DNA of 64,000 nt from Octopus sinensis (Eukaryota): assembly GCF_006345805.1 (NCBI RefSeq), contig NC_042998.1, forward strand, positions 175,708,001 through 175,772,000, written 5' to 3'. Of this stretch, positions 25,516 through 38,599 are shown piece by piece; position 1 is the first letter of the stretch; every line of letters starts with the position of its first letter. Position numbers and translations under genes: made by a program. The notes under the pieces are model-generated. The model did not search any database and was not told the DNA's origin. It was given only the letters and a program-made list of their open reading frames with translations.

Positions 25516-26084
25516 CCTTAAATGGACGGAGAAAATTTATTTTGAAATATAAAAGCAGAAAAAAAAAACTAAATAAAACTTGATTACATTAAGTGAGAAG
25601 AAAGAAAAACGATAAAAATGAAAGGAAGAGAAGGTTTTTAGAGATAAGAATTTTATTTAAAGTTTATTCTTTTCGTTTTTATTATTCTCCCTCACAAAAG
25701 AGGAGAATCGGGAGAGCATTTCTTTTTACAATGCAAGTTAAAATTGCCTAGTGGTTAATCTGGTCTTTCATTCTTGTGGGGTGTATAAAATAGATACTAA
25801 TTAAATAAATTATACTTCTCTTCCCTGCATGGATGAACGACAAGATTGACATCGGCGGGATTTCTTGAATGGATGAACGATAAAGTTGATGATAAAGTTG
25901 ATCGGATTTGAACAGCAAAGATCCAGAACAAACACCTGTTGTATTCTCTGTCGACTTTAACTCACTGCTAAAACGTTTTCACTTCCTGGGTGGCGATGCG
26001 CAAATGTGGAGAAAATGGTTGGCGTTATAGGATTTTAGGTAATAAAATGATGATTTTTTTTCTTTTTCACTTCGTTTTCGTTAA

Positions 26085-26395
26085 TGCTGACATTATTACC
26101 CGGAAACGAAGTCGAAAATAAAATAAAATAAAATAAAATACTGCAGCGGGTGTTAAAAAAGGTGTAGGAGACGAATATAAAAACAAAAATGCCCGGACAG
26201 CCATGTGGAGTGGAGAGAGGCCTTCGGAAAATTCACAAGATCTGATGTATATAATATATATATATATAATATAACCAATTTCAACGGATTTCGACCAAAT
26301 TTAACGTCGATATTACTTAGTTTGGTTTGAAATAAATAACTAGATTAGCTTAATAATCATAACTTAATCCTGGACAAGGCCGGGTTATACTGCTA

Positions 26396-26396
<1 letters not shown>
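26085..26396 (+). mobile_element. Non-autonomous Helitron-like element
   Basis: 3' hairpin CCTGGACAAGGCCGGG then TATACTGCTAG|T; 26100-26240 has a diverged inverted copy at ~26975-27120. Confidence 0.55.
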
Positions 26397-26466
<70 letters not shown>

Positions 26467-26471
<5 letters not shown>

Positions 26472-26645
26472 AGAGTTAACGAAAAAAAACAAAAGACGAA
26501 GACAGGTGGTGTACAAAACAAACAGATGTATTAGTATAACGCTCAGGAATAGAAAAAATCTTTTACGTTTCGAGCCTACGCTCTTCTACAGAAAGGGACA
26601 CAGAAAAAACAAGGAGAGAAAAAATGTGTGTAGTGGCTAACGCTA
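26467..26645 (-). mobile_element. ~180-bp Penelope/retrozyme-like repeat carrying a minimal hammerhead motif
   Basis: Embedded between (TA)n tracts; minus 26595-26560 reads CTTT-CTGTAGA-A-GAGC-GTAG-GCTC-GAA-ACGT-A-AAAG. Confidence 0.65.
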
Positions 26646-26758
26646 TGTATATATATGTATATATATATGTATATATATATATATATAATATATATAATAT
26701 ATATATATATATATTATATATATATATATATATATATTTATGTGTGTGTATGTGTACG

Positions 26759-26789
<31 letters not shown>

Positions 26790-26796
26790 GTGTGTA

Positions 26797-26843
<47 letters not shown>

Positions 26844-28448
26844 GTGTGTAGTTGAAGTAATTACCCGAACCTTCGAAGGGATGTTTAGCATCCAAGTTTC
26901 TGAGGAAAATCCTAATTTTTGATTTCAAAAGGATTATATTTTATCCAAAATTACGCGGGAAAAACTCGGATCTTGGGAACCTCGTGAATTTTCTGAAGTC
27001 CTCCCCACTCCATTGCTTTCCGCGCATTTTTGTTTTCATATTCGTTTCCTACTCTTTTTTTTTTACACCCGTTGCACTATTTTTTTTTCGATTTCGTTTC
27101 TGGTTAATAATGTTAAGATTAACCTTTTTTTTTCTGTCAAAGTGCAAATGAGAAAAAAGGTAACGACATAAATTATTAGAAAACCAAATCACATGAAGTA
27201 TTTCTCATTAATCTGTATTTAGCGAAACTAAACAAAATGAAACTAAAAACTATGATAGTACAATCATAAAAGTGAATTAGAATGAACGAAATTAAACACA
27301 AAATATGAAACAGTCAATATACCAATACCGAAAGAATAATTTTTATTGTTTTCTAAGATTTAATAAGTGATAGAAAACATTTCAATTTGAGTGGAGGCGG
27401 TGACGCTAGAATGGCAGGGAATCCCAGTAGTAAGCAAAATATATTCTGTTTTGATTAAATTTTCTCAAGTGTTTATATCCTTTGCTATGCTATAGGTTTT
27501 TAACCCCTCAATGGAGTCCTAGAGGCGCGGTTGTGACATATGGTGAGTACTGGAGTTGATTTACTTGACCAGGTCCTGTGACTATAGTAGAAAAAAAAAT
27601 GACATTCAGACATCCGACTCTTTACCTTCTGGGCTCAAATCTCGCCGAGGTAACTTTGCCGTTCATCCTTTCGATAGAACAAAGTACCGCTTTAGGTCGA
27701 TGTATTCGACTTGCCCCTGCCTCTAAAAATCTTGTCATTGTATGAAAATTAGAATAATTCATTCAAATATTTTTAGTCAAAAATTTCGTTATATTTAAAT
27801 TCGAATTTCAGTTTTGCAATAAAATTCGGTTTAATGTTCAACTTCAATTTTCCATTTAAGATGTTATCCATTAAAGTTTTATTTTAAAATATTTTTATGG
27901 ATGTTTATTTCCATTTGTGAAAATATTGTTTTCGTCAATTTGAAAACTGAAAACTAGCTAAACTAAAAGAAAAAAGAAAATCCCACAGAAACTCAAGAGT
28001 TTACAGTTATAGTCTGAAAGAGTTGTTCCCCTTGCATCACATTGACTGTTAAGTCTTTGTTCCCGATTAGCAAACATTGAATAAAGCTATTCGATCGAAG
28101 GCGATCCAAGCATCACCACCTCATCTTTTCACATTTCCAATGTCTTGAAATGTATTGGAAAAGAATAGCTTCTAACGCCTGGAAAATCATAGTCCTCATT
28201 TCTAGTGCTAATACAAGAGTAATATAACTTCGGCAAGTTTTGATTTATGTAATATAGAGTAACTAAGACTTCGTGTAACTAGGTTTATCAATGAAATTAG
28301 TAAGCAAAGTGACTTTCTTGAGAGTTTAAAAGCTTAAAACATCAAGCGAGGGCTACAATAGCAATACAAGGGTGGGCTGAAAAGTTCATAGGCTGAATAT
28401 GAAGGAATGATGTCAGAGCTAATTCCAGCCCTTCTGGACTGTTTCTTT

Positions 28449-28530
28449 CCCTAACCATAGAGCTAACCCTAACCCTTAAACCTCAGCCCCAATCCTAACC
28501 CTAACCCTAACCTTAACCCTAATCCTAACT
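28449..28530. repeat. Degenerate interstitial (CCCTAA)n telomere-like tract
   Basis: About 10 perfect or one-mismatch CCCTAA units, next to a mariner-like TIR fragment (CAAGGGTGGGCTGAAAAGTTCATAGGCT, ~28367). Confidence 0.7.
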
Positions 28531-28829
28531 CATTACCCAGGGACCTCACTAGTCTAGGGGTTCAATTCTGATCTGTAAATGCTGTAGCTTACAGGGCCTA
28601 ATGCATTGGATTATTTTCATTATATAAAGCTGATGAAAAGATATGAGAGACGAAGCAGAAATGATTTGTCTACAGATGAGGTTGATTGTAGCTAAACAAC
28701 AACAACATACCTAGTATAGCCATAAATACTGTTACAAAGAAAAACTTGAATTTCAGGATAATTAATTATTGCATTCAAATGAAACTTTGAATATTTATTT
28801 GTGGGCTGAACCAAAAAAATAAATTTACA

Positions 28830-29470
28830 AAATTCATTTTAAATGACCCCCTCTGTTGTCAGTACAACACTTCAAACGCTCAGGTCATTCATCTATTGCA
28901 GTATGCACAATATTAATTGGAAAATTGGTCATAGCAGCGACAAGAACGTGCTTAAGAGAAACCAGATTTTTTGAGTGGCTTACCAAAAGTCATCCCCTCC
29001 AACTCTGGCCACAGTTTGTAATCCAGAAGATTCAAATCTGAACTCCCAGAGGGATAATCTGCTTGATGAAGTCAGGAACATTCTGTGACAACCACTCCTA
29101 AGTAACCTTGGATTTGTGTGCTGGGGCTGAGTCCTGCTGGAAGCTCTATTCTTTGCCATTGAACAAGGATTTGTTAAAGCTCTTAACTTTACTCACTAGG
29201 ACGTCAGTGATGTGCACATGAGCCGTGGTTTTCACATAAATGAGGCTCAATCATCCCCTCGTAAAAGACACTCCACCAAACCATGACTGAGGCGGGATGA
29301 TGGCCTCTTTGAACTTTGCGAACGACCTCAAAAAATTCTTTAGTGTTGTGGGCATACACCCTGTCCTTTTGACGGTTGTAGCTTTCTTCTACGGTGAAAA
29401 TGTTCTCATCCGGGAAAACGATGTTTCTAAGGGCATCGTCTGCATACAGAGAAGCTGTTTGAATAGCTTT
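28830..29470 (-). mobile_element. Decayed maT/DD37D-like transposase fragment (different family)
   Basis: IVFPDENIFTVEESYNRQKDRVYA...QRGHHPASVMVWWSV...; downstream frames give AHKSKVT*EWL...RLKCCTDNRGGHLK, the Tc1/maT C-terminus. Confidence 0.75.
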
Positions 29471-29738
29471 CAGTGAAAGAGTTAACATGTGTCCAGGTTT
29501 AGGTGAAATGTTTTGTATGATATAGATAAATATGTGCATGTATATATATAAAATTCTATAATTATGAGTATAAGTATAATTAGGGTTCAGCAAATTTGCT
29601 TCACCACATACCGAAATTTAGAAATAATAGTTAAACTATTATTCTACTACCATAAAATACATCCCAGACAGCAAAACTCAACAACTCACGCGGGTAAAGA
29701 GAAAAAAAAAAATAACGAATCCACCCGGCTCTGATTAA

Positions 29739-29819
29739 CTGCATACGCGTTTCGGAGTTAGAGAGATGTGAAAAATGTAAAATCATATTTCAACTCATTG
29801 ATTCTCTTCATCAGTACAA
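29739..29819 (-). ncRNA. Hammerhead-like motif with canonical core
   Basis: Minus: TTGTA-CTGATGA-(54 nt)-GAA-ACGCGT-A-TGCAG; stem I UUGUA/UGCAG pairs (two G-U), palindromic stem III; base of stem II imperfect. Confidence 0.55.
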
Positions 29820-30859
29820 TATTTCAATTATTAAATTTGAGAGCACTGATAATTAAACAATACGAGATCTCATTCGTCTGTTTGAATTCGGAAGTATTGG
29901 TCTTTGGATATATGCTATTTGATGACGCTTGGTCAAATACGCCAACTATAATACAGTGTCTTATCACAACACCACTGCTGTTTATATGCCAGGCACCATG
30001 ACGGTTTCATTTTATCGACTTCCTACACCTAACATCCACTGTCTTCCAAGCGGTTGACCAAACATAAACTGCAACAACATACAAGAAAAGATAACTCTGT
30101 TGTTTTTATATGATACACACACTTGTCCTTCGTGGCAAGGCATTTTACAAAGTAACGGTAAATAAATATCTCTTTACAACTTCAACCACTATTCTTCTTC
30201 CATCTCGCATACTGGCAACCAACACCTTAACAACACAACCGTTACAATTGGTGACCCTCGACTGCAACGAAGAACTAACCGTTGCACATCTATTAATATT
30301 TATTCGCTTAATGTTTCTCCGCTAGTTTGCGAATATAGATGAAATATATTAATCTGATATATCAATACTTGAATTTTTTCTACTGCATGCATCGTCATTA
30401 AAGTATTTGTTTTTGTTTAAATTATTTAAACTATCACAAAATATTTCGAAGTAACATCCTGAAACTTTATTCCTAGGATTTTGGGAATATCATTTCTTGC
30501 ATCGTCTACAGTTTGTAAAGGTATCTATTATTATGAGGTATTATGTTCTCATACTTTATGATTTATTCATAAAATTCCTTGTTTAAGAAATTATTTGGTG
30601 AAATTACTAGATTTTATTTATTTAATTTAGAAAGCTGAAATTGTAGAAGTGACAGTATCAAGTTACGCCCCTTTATGCTCTGAGTTAAAATTCTCCGACT
30701 TTTGTTTATTATCTTTTCAGAGTAATCAGTTATATACCGAGATCGATTAAATTAAATGTGTAGCTTTAGACCTATGACATAAATATATACTACTATTACC
30801 AAATGAGCGTTTATATTTAAATTAAAATACAGACCTTTTTGTTTAAAATTTAGTCTTTA

Positions 30860-31510
30860 TTTTATTGGACTGGGCTAAAGAAGGGGACGTAACTACGACC
30901 AGCTGGATTGACGTCTGTAGGAGAAATATGACCTGGGACAGTATTCGAGCTGGCAGAAACGTTAGCACGCCGGGCGAAATGCTCAGCGGTATTTTGTCTG
31001 ACTTTACGTTATGAGTTCAAGTTCCGCCGAGGTCGACTTTGCCTTTCATCCTTTCGGGGTCGATTAAATAAGTACTAGTTACGCACTGGGGTCGATGTAA
31101 TCGACTTAATTTATGTGTCTATCCTTGTTTGTCCTCTCTGTGTTTAGCCTCTTGTGGGTAGTAAAGAAATAGGTATTCGAGAGGGGTGGTGCTCTGGATA
31201 GGACGGGCTACGTGCATGTTTAGCGTGAAATAGAATTGCGATCTTGGAATGAAAGTGAGGCGTAGATAGCCACATTATGAGTAAAAAGAAGAAAGACGAA
31301 TGAGAGAGGAGTGTCTGAGTGGCAGTGACTAAAATCCAACCATTTCCGAGTAGCAGAGGCTATTACATTAGTTGTAGAGAACACAGAAAGAAAAGACACT
31401 TTGTTCGTATGTTGCGGTGCGTTTATGAGTGGTTTACGTCAACCAGTCGAGTGTTCTTTCTTTGAATGTTGTCTAGGATGTCTACGTGTATAGTACTGCT
31501 CCAGATGAAG
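30860..31510 (-). mobile_element. Old L2/CR1-like LINE remnant interrupted by a family A SINE (30950-31172, +)
   Basis: SINE has TSD GTATTCGAG (30941-30949, 31173-31181); flanks resemble the decayed LINE 3' regions at 19.7 and 42-43 kb. SINE call is strong, LINE call weak. Confidence 0.55.
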
Positions 31511-32421
31511 GGAAAGGAAATAATAGGGTTGCCAGATTAGAAAATTAGATATACGAGACAGTCTTAAAATCTCTCTGTATATATATAAATTTATACATGC
31601 CTATACACCCAGAACAATATATTATATATAAGTAGAGAGATAAGTTAAAAAAATACAGCAATTATTTTAGTGGGTTATGAGAAAAACAAAAGCAAAATAA
31701 TTTCAAAATGATTTAATACAAGCTAAAAAGTAAATTCTGTTTTAGTGAAATAATTTTAAAATATTTCTTTAATACAGACAACAGAGAAATAATAAAAAAT
31801 CGAAATCATTGTAAATTTTTGTTTTATTTAATGACAAATAGAGACAGTATAGAAAAAAATCCTTTAATGTGAAAGCATTTTAATATTATTTAATACACGT
31901 AATATAGATAAGTAAAAGACATACTGAGAAAGTGAAATCATTGCAAAATTCTTGTTCAATAGAGACAATAATAGAAAAATGCAAAAAAAAATAATTTTGA
32001 AAATTAGTATTTAATGCAAATAATATAGAAAATAGACTAAAAAGTTGTATTTCATATGGAGAATATGAAAAGAAACAAAACTGATAAACTTATATGCAAA
32101 ATTTTCTTAACAGACCACACGAGAATTAAACTTGAACCTTGACCTTTAGTTAGATTTCACTGATGATTAGGCTTTTGTTAACAGGTCTTTGTTTTCTAAC
32201 TCATGCCTATAAAATTCTTTACATTGACAGTTAAAGTTCCATGTGCATTGTAAGATAGCTTCTACAGTAGCCACATCCACCATATTTTGTTCTTCAGCCC
32301 ATTGAACATTTATCACCGAGAAGACACGCTCAGCATTAGCATTATGTGTTGGTATGCTAAATAGAAATCGGCACAAAATTAACAACTTAAAGTATTGTTC
32401 CTGAAATTCAATCTGCTAGAG

Positions 32422-35254
32422 CAGGGGTCTCCAAAGTACGGCCCGCGGGCCGGATTCGGCCCGCCAAGGTTTTTAATCCGGCCCGCCGAGCTGTCCTCCA
32501 AAATTATAAAACAAATGTCGAAAAACAAGCCTTGCCGAAATCATACAAAAAAATATACTTTACACCCCTTTTAATACGTTTGACAAATAGTACAGCAAAT
32601 AGACGCAAGACGACGCTAATTGATTTGCCATCAATTAATGTCTTTAAATTGCGCCGGCGAATTAAAAATTATACACTAAACTTTAGTGTAAATATAGGTT
32701 CTTTTCCACTCCCCCCGTTTTAACTGACCCATCAGAACCACCATAAAATGAATTAACTTCGCTATGGAGCTACCTATCATTCATTAGATAATAGGCGATT
32801 GTCAGTGAGATGGATGGTGCTGCTTACAATGAAGCAGAGATTCAATTTCTAGCTTTATTGATGTCGCAGAAAAGTCAACCTATTCCGTCAACTGTCGAGA
32901 GAGCAGATACGACAAGTATGACGTTAATAAAAGTCCCGTGCCTAGTATAATAAAAGAAGACAAATATCGATTTATCGATGTTACCTACATCTCACGAGCG
33001 ATGAATAGAGAGGGTTGAGCCTGACGTTGTGTGGTGGTTTCTAATCCTGGTGCAGTCGCCAATCAGCGTGGAGTAAAGTTCGATGCGCATTCCGTCAGTC
33101 AGCACAGACTTGGCGTTTTCGTTGTGCACAAGTGTGAGTCATTTGTCGTCGTCGCTGCCGAAGTGAATGCACGTATCGAGTGACCTGTGAATATTGTTTT
33201 TACTTGTTTCGTCCTTTTACATATATCGTCGAGCAAAATCTGTCGACCCATGGTAAAAATGTTAGCTCAGGAAGAAAACGAAAAATCGACTCTGAGTGTA
33301 GAGTTTTTAAGGAACAATGGAACATAGACTATTTTGTCATAGAGTCAAACAACAAGGCACTATGCGTTATATGCACCGACACAATTGCAGTACTTAAAGA
33401 GTACAACATTCGGAGACATTATGAAAAAAAGCATTCATCACAGTACTACCAATTCATTGGACAGCTACGTAAAGAGAAATTTGACAAATTAAAGAAGAAT
33501 TTATCATCAATGCAGTTTGTTTTCAAGAAGAAGGCTGTAGAAAAAGAGAGAGCAACAAGAGCAAGCTTCCATGTTGCTAACCTTTTGGCGAAGAAAGGTA
33601 AGCCATTTACAGATGGTGAACTTATTAAAAAGTGCTTGAATGAGGTAGCTAGGAAATGTGTCCAGAAAACGTAGATTTATTTTCCGCAATTAGTCTTTCT
33701 GCGAACACTGTTGCTCGTAGGGTTGAACATATTGAAAGAAATATTAAATCACAGCTAAAAGACAAAGCCAGCAAGTTTGTATGCTTTTCTGTTGCACTTG
33801 ATGAGTCAATTGATGTATCAGACACATCCCAATTGTTATTGTTCATCAGAGGAATAAATGCCAATTTTGAGATTACTGAGGAACTTGTATCTGTGCACAG
33901 CATGCATGGAACAACAACAGGCATAGATATTTTTAGAGAAGTGGAAAAGTCAGTGGCTGAGTATAATTTGGAATGGAAAAAACTAAAATGCATAACAACA
34001 GATGGTGGCAGAAATATGTGTGGAACCAAAAAGGGCTTAGTTGGGCAAATTAACAAAGTAATTGAGAATTCCGGTGGATTGAAACCTTTGGTATTGCATT
34101 GTATTCTTCATCAGCAAGCACTGTGTGGAAAGCATCTTGATTTATCATCTGTATTAGATCCTGTGATTTCCACTGTTAACTACATAAGATCTCATGGACT
34201 CAAACATCGCCAATTTCGTGATTTGGAGGAGGAAATGAATGCTGAGTTTCCAGACCTACCTTACTATACTTCAGTAAGATGGCTTAGCTATGGAAAATTC
34301 TGGCTAGATTTTTTGAGCTTCGAACTGAAATTGAAATATTTTTAAATGAGAAAAACCATTCACAGGTGTTGCTCAAAGACAGTGAATGGCTCTGGAAATT
34401 AGCATTTTCAGCCGATTTAACTATGCATCTCAATGATTTCAACCTACGGATACAAGGTGAAACTTCACTCATCTGTGATTTGTACTCAAAGGTGAAAGCT
34501 TTTCGTAAGAAATTAATACTATTTGAAAGTCAGTTAACAAGAAGCTGCTTTACTCATTTTTCACGATGTGACAAATATAGACAGGAAGCTGCCACTCCAT
34601 TTCCAAACTTGTTTGCTCAAGATGTCATTTTAGCTTTGAAGAACGTTTTTCTGATCTTGATGCATGTTCTTCAAAACTAAGAATTTTTGAAAATCCATTT
34701 AACTCTGTTATTGGAGACTTACCTTCTGAGTTACAAATGGAAGTTATTGATTTGCAATCCAATGACATCCTGAAGGACAAATATAAAGAGGGAAATTTGA
34801 TTGAATTCTACAAATGCCTTCCATCCGACCAATTTCTTCATTTAAGGAGGTTTGCCTGTGAATTCATTTCAGTTTTTGGCACCACATATTTGTGTGAGAA
34901 GACTTTTTCAAAGATGAAATACACAAAATCCTGCTACAGATCACAATTGTCTGATGAACATTTAAATGCATTGCTTGTTATTGGAACCACTCATTTTGAA
35001 CCTCAGTTGGACAAAATTTTGTCAGAATGAAACAATTTCATGTTTCCCCTATTGATCAAAGTTAAAAAAAACATGTTAATTGTTACTGATATTATATACA
35101 TTGTGATTATGTACTGAATAAATAACCTTTTTTAATTATTAATTCACTATTTATTTATATTATTTTGGTAAAATAAATAATTTAGAACCTTGGCCCCCGT
35201 AGCTTTAAAAATTCAGCAATGTGGCCCTCCGCTGGAAAACTTTGGAGACCCCTG
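32422..35254 (+). mobile_element. Complete hAT transposon of the Charlie/Buster (SPIN/OC1-like) group, 2833 bp
   Basis: TIRs CAGGGGTCTCCAAA / TTTGGAGACCCCTG; perfect 8-bp TSD TGCTAGAG (32414-32421, 35255-35262) with the central TA typical of Buster/Charlie. Confidence 0.97.
33240..35030 (+). pseudogene. hAT transposase, GTF2IRD2/SPIN-like, broken by about 3-4 frameshifts/stops
   Basis: RKRKIDSECRVFKEQW...LCVIC...KEYNIRRHYEKKH (BED-like finger); FSVALDESIDVSDTSQLLLFIRG; CITTDGGRNM; LHCILHQQALC; VRWLS; SVFGTTYLCEKTFSKMK. Confidence 0.93.
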
Positions 35255-36504
35255 TGCTAGAGGATAGAAAACCATCTTTCATGGCACAGTTTGGTCTTCA
35301 ATTCATCAGGTTTGATCTGTATCTCTTTAGCACAAGGAGTTTTTTAAATGTTGACCACTGACAGAAAATAATGTTGTCAATTTTTATACCTTTGTTCTTT
35401 AACACTAGACAAGATGGTTCTACATGTTCCCATGCTGGGACTGTATCTAATAACACCCATGTAAAGTTATCAAAATTTTCGAAAGAAGAAACCCATTTCT
35501 CAAGATAGTCATGGCAAGTGCCGTCGTATTTATCCACTTCAAGTAGAAACTTCTTTTTCTCTTCAGATTTGACATCGTCATTATTAAGGCAATCTTTCAC
35601 ACCGAGAGGAACGAACTTTTTCATTAATTCTTTCCTTTATAACTGCAACGAGTTCTTTTAAACACCCAAGCACTTCAATAATGTTGTTTTCTCTCTATTC
35701 TATCTTCATAATCCTGTTGTTAAAACCATATTCGAAACTGTGAACAAGATATAAATAGGCTTCGCTCAGCAGATTATTGAAGAATTCTACAAGAATTTGG
35801 GGAACCTTTTCTTATGAATCAAAAAAAGATTTCGGTGCTTTAAATAACCTTAGGATTCTCTCATCTGCTCTCATCTAAAAAAGCCAACGAGTTTTAGAAT
35901 ATGAGATAATTAAGGTATACTGCACACCAACAAACTTGTAGAAATCTTTCAACTTCTCAAATCGAACTATATAAATGCTAAAGTATGAAAACAATTTAAC
36001 AACTATTACTTCAGCATCAACAGAAAGAACATTGGCTTCGGTACGAATAGCATTGTGCAGAATATGGACTGGACATCCAACACCTTCCATCAATTCATTC
36101 ATGCTTTCCTTGAATTTTGAATAGACATTATTTGTGCCTATGCACACGTCCACCAAAATTTGTATTTGTGTTATCTCCATCAAAAGCTATATTTATTCAC
36201 TTCCAGTCCTAACTCGACAAGGCTCTCTCTGCAAAAGCTTGCTATTGTTTCCGAGATCTCAGTTGGGAGGGATCTTACTCGCAATAACTTTATCAGTAAA
36301 CCCTTTTCACGTGGAAAACATTGCACAATCAACGGGAAATTTTTCTCAGCATTGTGATTACTTGCATCTAAAAGAAGACTTATTTATATCTTTAACAATC
36401 TCCACAATTGTGTGTAGAGCCACAACATTTTTTATTATTGCAGCACATTTAGTCCTAGCACACATAAACTGGTTCTCCGTTGGTTATGACTATGGGGATA
36501 CCAG

Positions 36505-36682
36505 TTGATGCGACCAACGGAACAGCCTGCTCGTGAAAATAACGTTGCAAGTGGCTGAGCACTCAACAGACACGCCTACTCTTAGCGTAGTTCTCAGGGA
36601 AATTCTCCCGACACAGAATACGGGAATCGAACTCACAACTTTACGATCGTGAGCTGATTAATCTAACCACTAAGACACGGGC
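36505..36682 (-). mobile_element. Deleted SINE: tRNA-like head joined to family C tail
   Basis: CAACGGAACAGCCTGCTCGTGAAA...GAGCACTC...CGTAGTTCTC matches 1325-1410. Confidence 0.7.
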
Positions 36683-36769
36683 TTTCACACACACGAACAG
36701 ACAGACACACACACATACGCACGCAAGACACATACGCACACACACAAGCACACAGATAGATATAGATAT

Positions 36770-37465
36770 ATAATTGCATACGTACATACGTACGTGCAGG
36801 CATGCACAAACATACCTACATACAATCACACACGCATACATGCATACACACATGCATGCATACATACTCACACACATACATACATACACACACATGCATA
36901 CATACATACACACACATGCATACATACATACACACACATACATACATACATACATATATACACACACACATACATACATACACACACATGCATACATACA
37001 TACACATGCATACATACATACACACACATACATACATACATACACACATGCATACATACATACATACATACACACATGCATACATACATACATACTTACA
37101 TACATACATACATACATACATACACACACATGCATACATACATACACATACATACATATATACATACACACACACATACATACATACACACACATGCATA
37201 CATACATACACACACATACATACATACATACACACATGCATACATACATACATACATACACACATGCATACATACATACATACTTACATACATACATACA
37301 TACATACATACACACACATGCATACATACATACACACACATACATACATATATACATACACATACATACATACATACATGCATACATACAGACACACACA
37401 TGCATACATACATACATACATACATACATACATACATACATACATACATACATACATACATTACA
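36770..37465. repeat. ~700-bp complex (CATA)n/(CA)n/CATG microsatellite
   Basis: Direct reading. Confidence 0.95.
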
Positions 37466-37641
37466 TGACATAGAAATAGGCTAATTACTGACATACACAA
37501 TCATTCTCACAGACTCACGATAACATACTTGTCTAAGTAAGTGCGTGTGAATATATTTTATGTGTTCGAGTCGAGCGACGTTGTATATATGTGTGTGTTG
37601 TCTTTGTATTTCGGAATGTGATGTTACGTAGATGTCATGCT

Positions 37642-37696
<55 letters not shown>

Positions 37697-38062
37697 TGTG
37701 TATATCCATGCGTGTTGATTGTGTCGTTTGTTACGAGTCTAACCTAGTAAACTGCGACAGACCAAACTGGAGAAATGCCAGACGACACGACTTTCTTCTC
37801 ACTAGCCTGAGTGTAACCCAGTAAATAAAAGCTGTACTTCCGTTTCGTGATATATTAGTTGGCTTTCTTTCAGAAGATTATTAATTTTCTGATCCTTTTG
37901 AGCAGGCACAGTGACATATACAATAATCTTTCGTTTTTTTTTTTCACGACATATCGTTTACTTCTTACATACATTCATCATGCATCCATGCATACGAAAT
38001 GCACGCCTCAGACATTGCAAGTACATACACACGTACACACTGACGCTCTCACAGATACTCAC

Positions 38063-38295
38063 ATGTATGTATGTATGTATGTATGTATGTATGTATGTAT
38101 GTATGTATGTATGTATGTATGTATGTATGTATGTATGTATGTATGTATGTATGTATGTATGTGTGTATGTATGTATGTATGTATGTATGTATGTATGTAT
38201 GTATGTGTGTATGTATGTATGTATGTATGTATGTATGTATGCGTGCATGTATGTATGCATGCATGTATGTATGCATGCATGTATGTATGCATATG
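38063..38295. repeat. (TATG)n microsatellite
   Basis: Direct reading. Confidence 0.95.
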
Positions 38296-38349
38296 TGCAT
38301 ATTTGAATGTTTTGTTTTATGTATGTATTCTCATGCATATAGTTGCATA

Positions 38350-38557
38350 TCTAGACATGCTGATATATATTTAAATGATAAACTTCTGGAAAGTTTTACA
38401 GCTTTTTACAGTTCCAGTGAGGGATTCGATCTGTAGTCTTCGAATTAGCTTTCTCCTTTCTGGTTTTGAGAAGCCCAATTTTTCAAGATTAGTATTTAGG
38501 CAGTGCATTACATATCCCAGGGCCCCAATAATTACAGTTATAAACCTGAACTTGTAA
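38350..38557 (-). mobile_element. R4/Dong-like LINE C-terminal (restriction-like endonuclease) remnant
   Basis: Minus: YKFRFITVIIGALGYV...LIRRLQIESLTGTVKSCKTF*, matching the VIPVVIGALG...LQKxxLLGT end of RLE-type LINEs. Confidence 0.65.
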
Positions 38558-38599
38558 TATGTATGTATGTATGTATGTTTTTCTTTGCGATTTATATTC

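Larger units (their letters stand above)
31524..36500 (-). mobile_element. Older hAT transposon (Blackjack-like TIR), 5'-truncated, split by a younger hAT
   Basis: Terminus TAGGGTTGCCAGA at 31524; hAT dimerisation-domain text LFSIPTHNANAERVFS (32167-32385) and CPVHILHNA...VVKLFSYFS...SYSKTRW (35875-36183) flank the inner element. Confidence 0.75.

Noticed and set aside
37835-37890. Minus-strand CTGAAAGA...GAAACGGAAGTA
   Set aside because: No stem II or stem I pairing; at most a very decayed relic.
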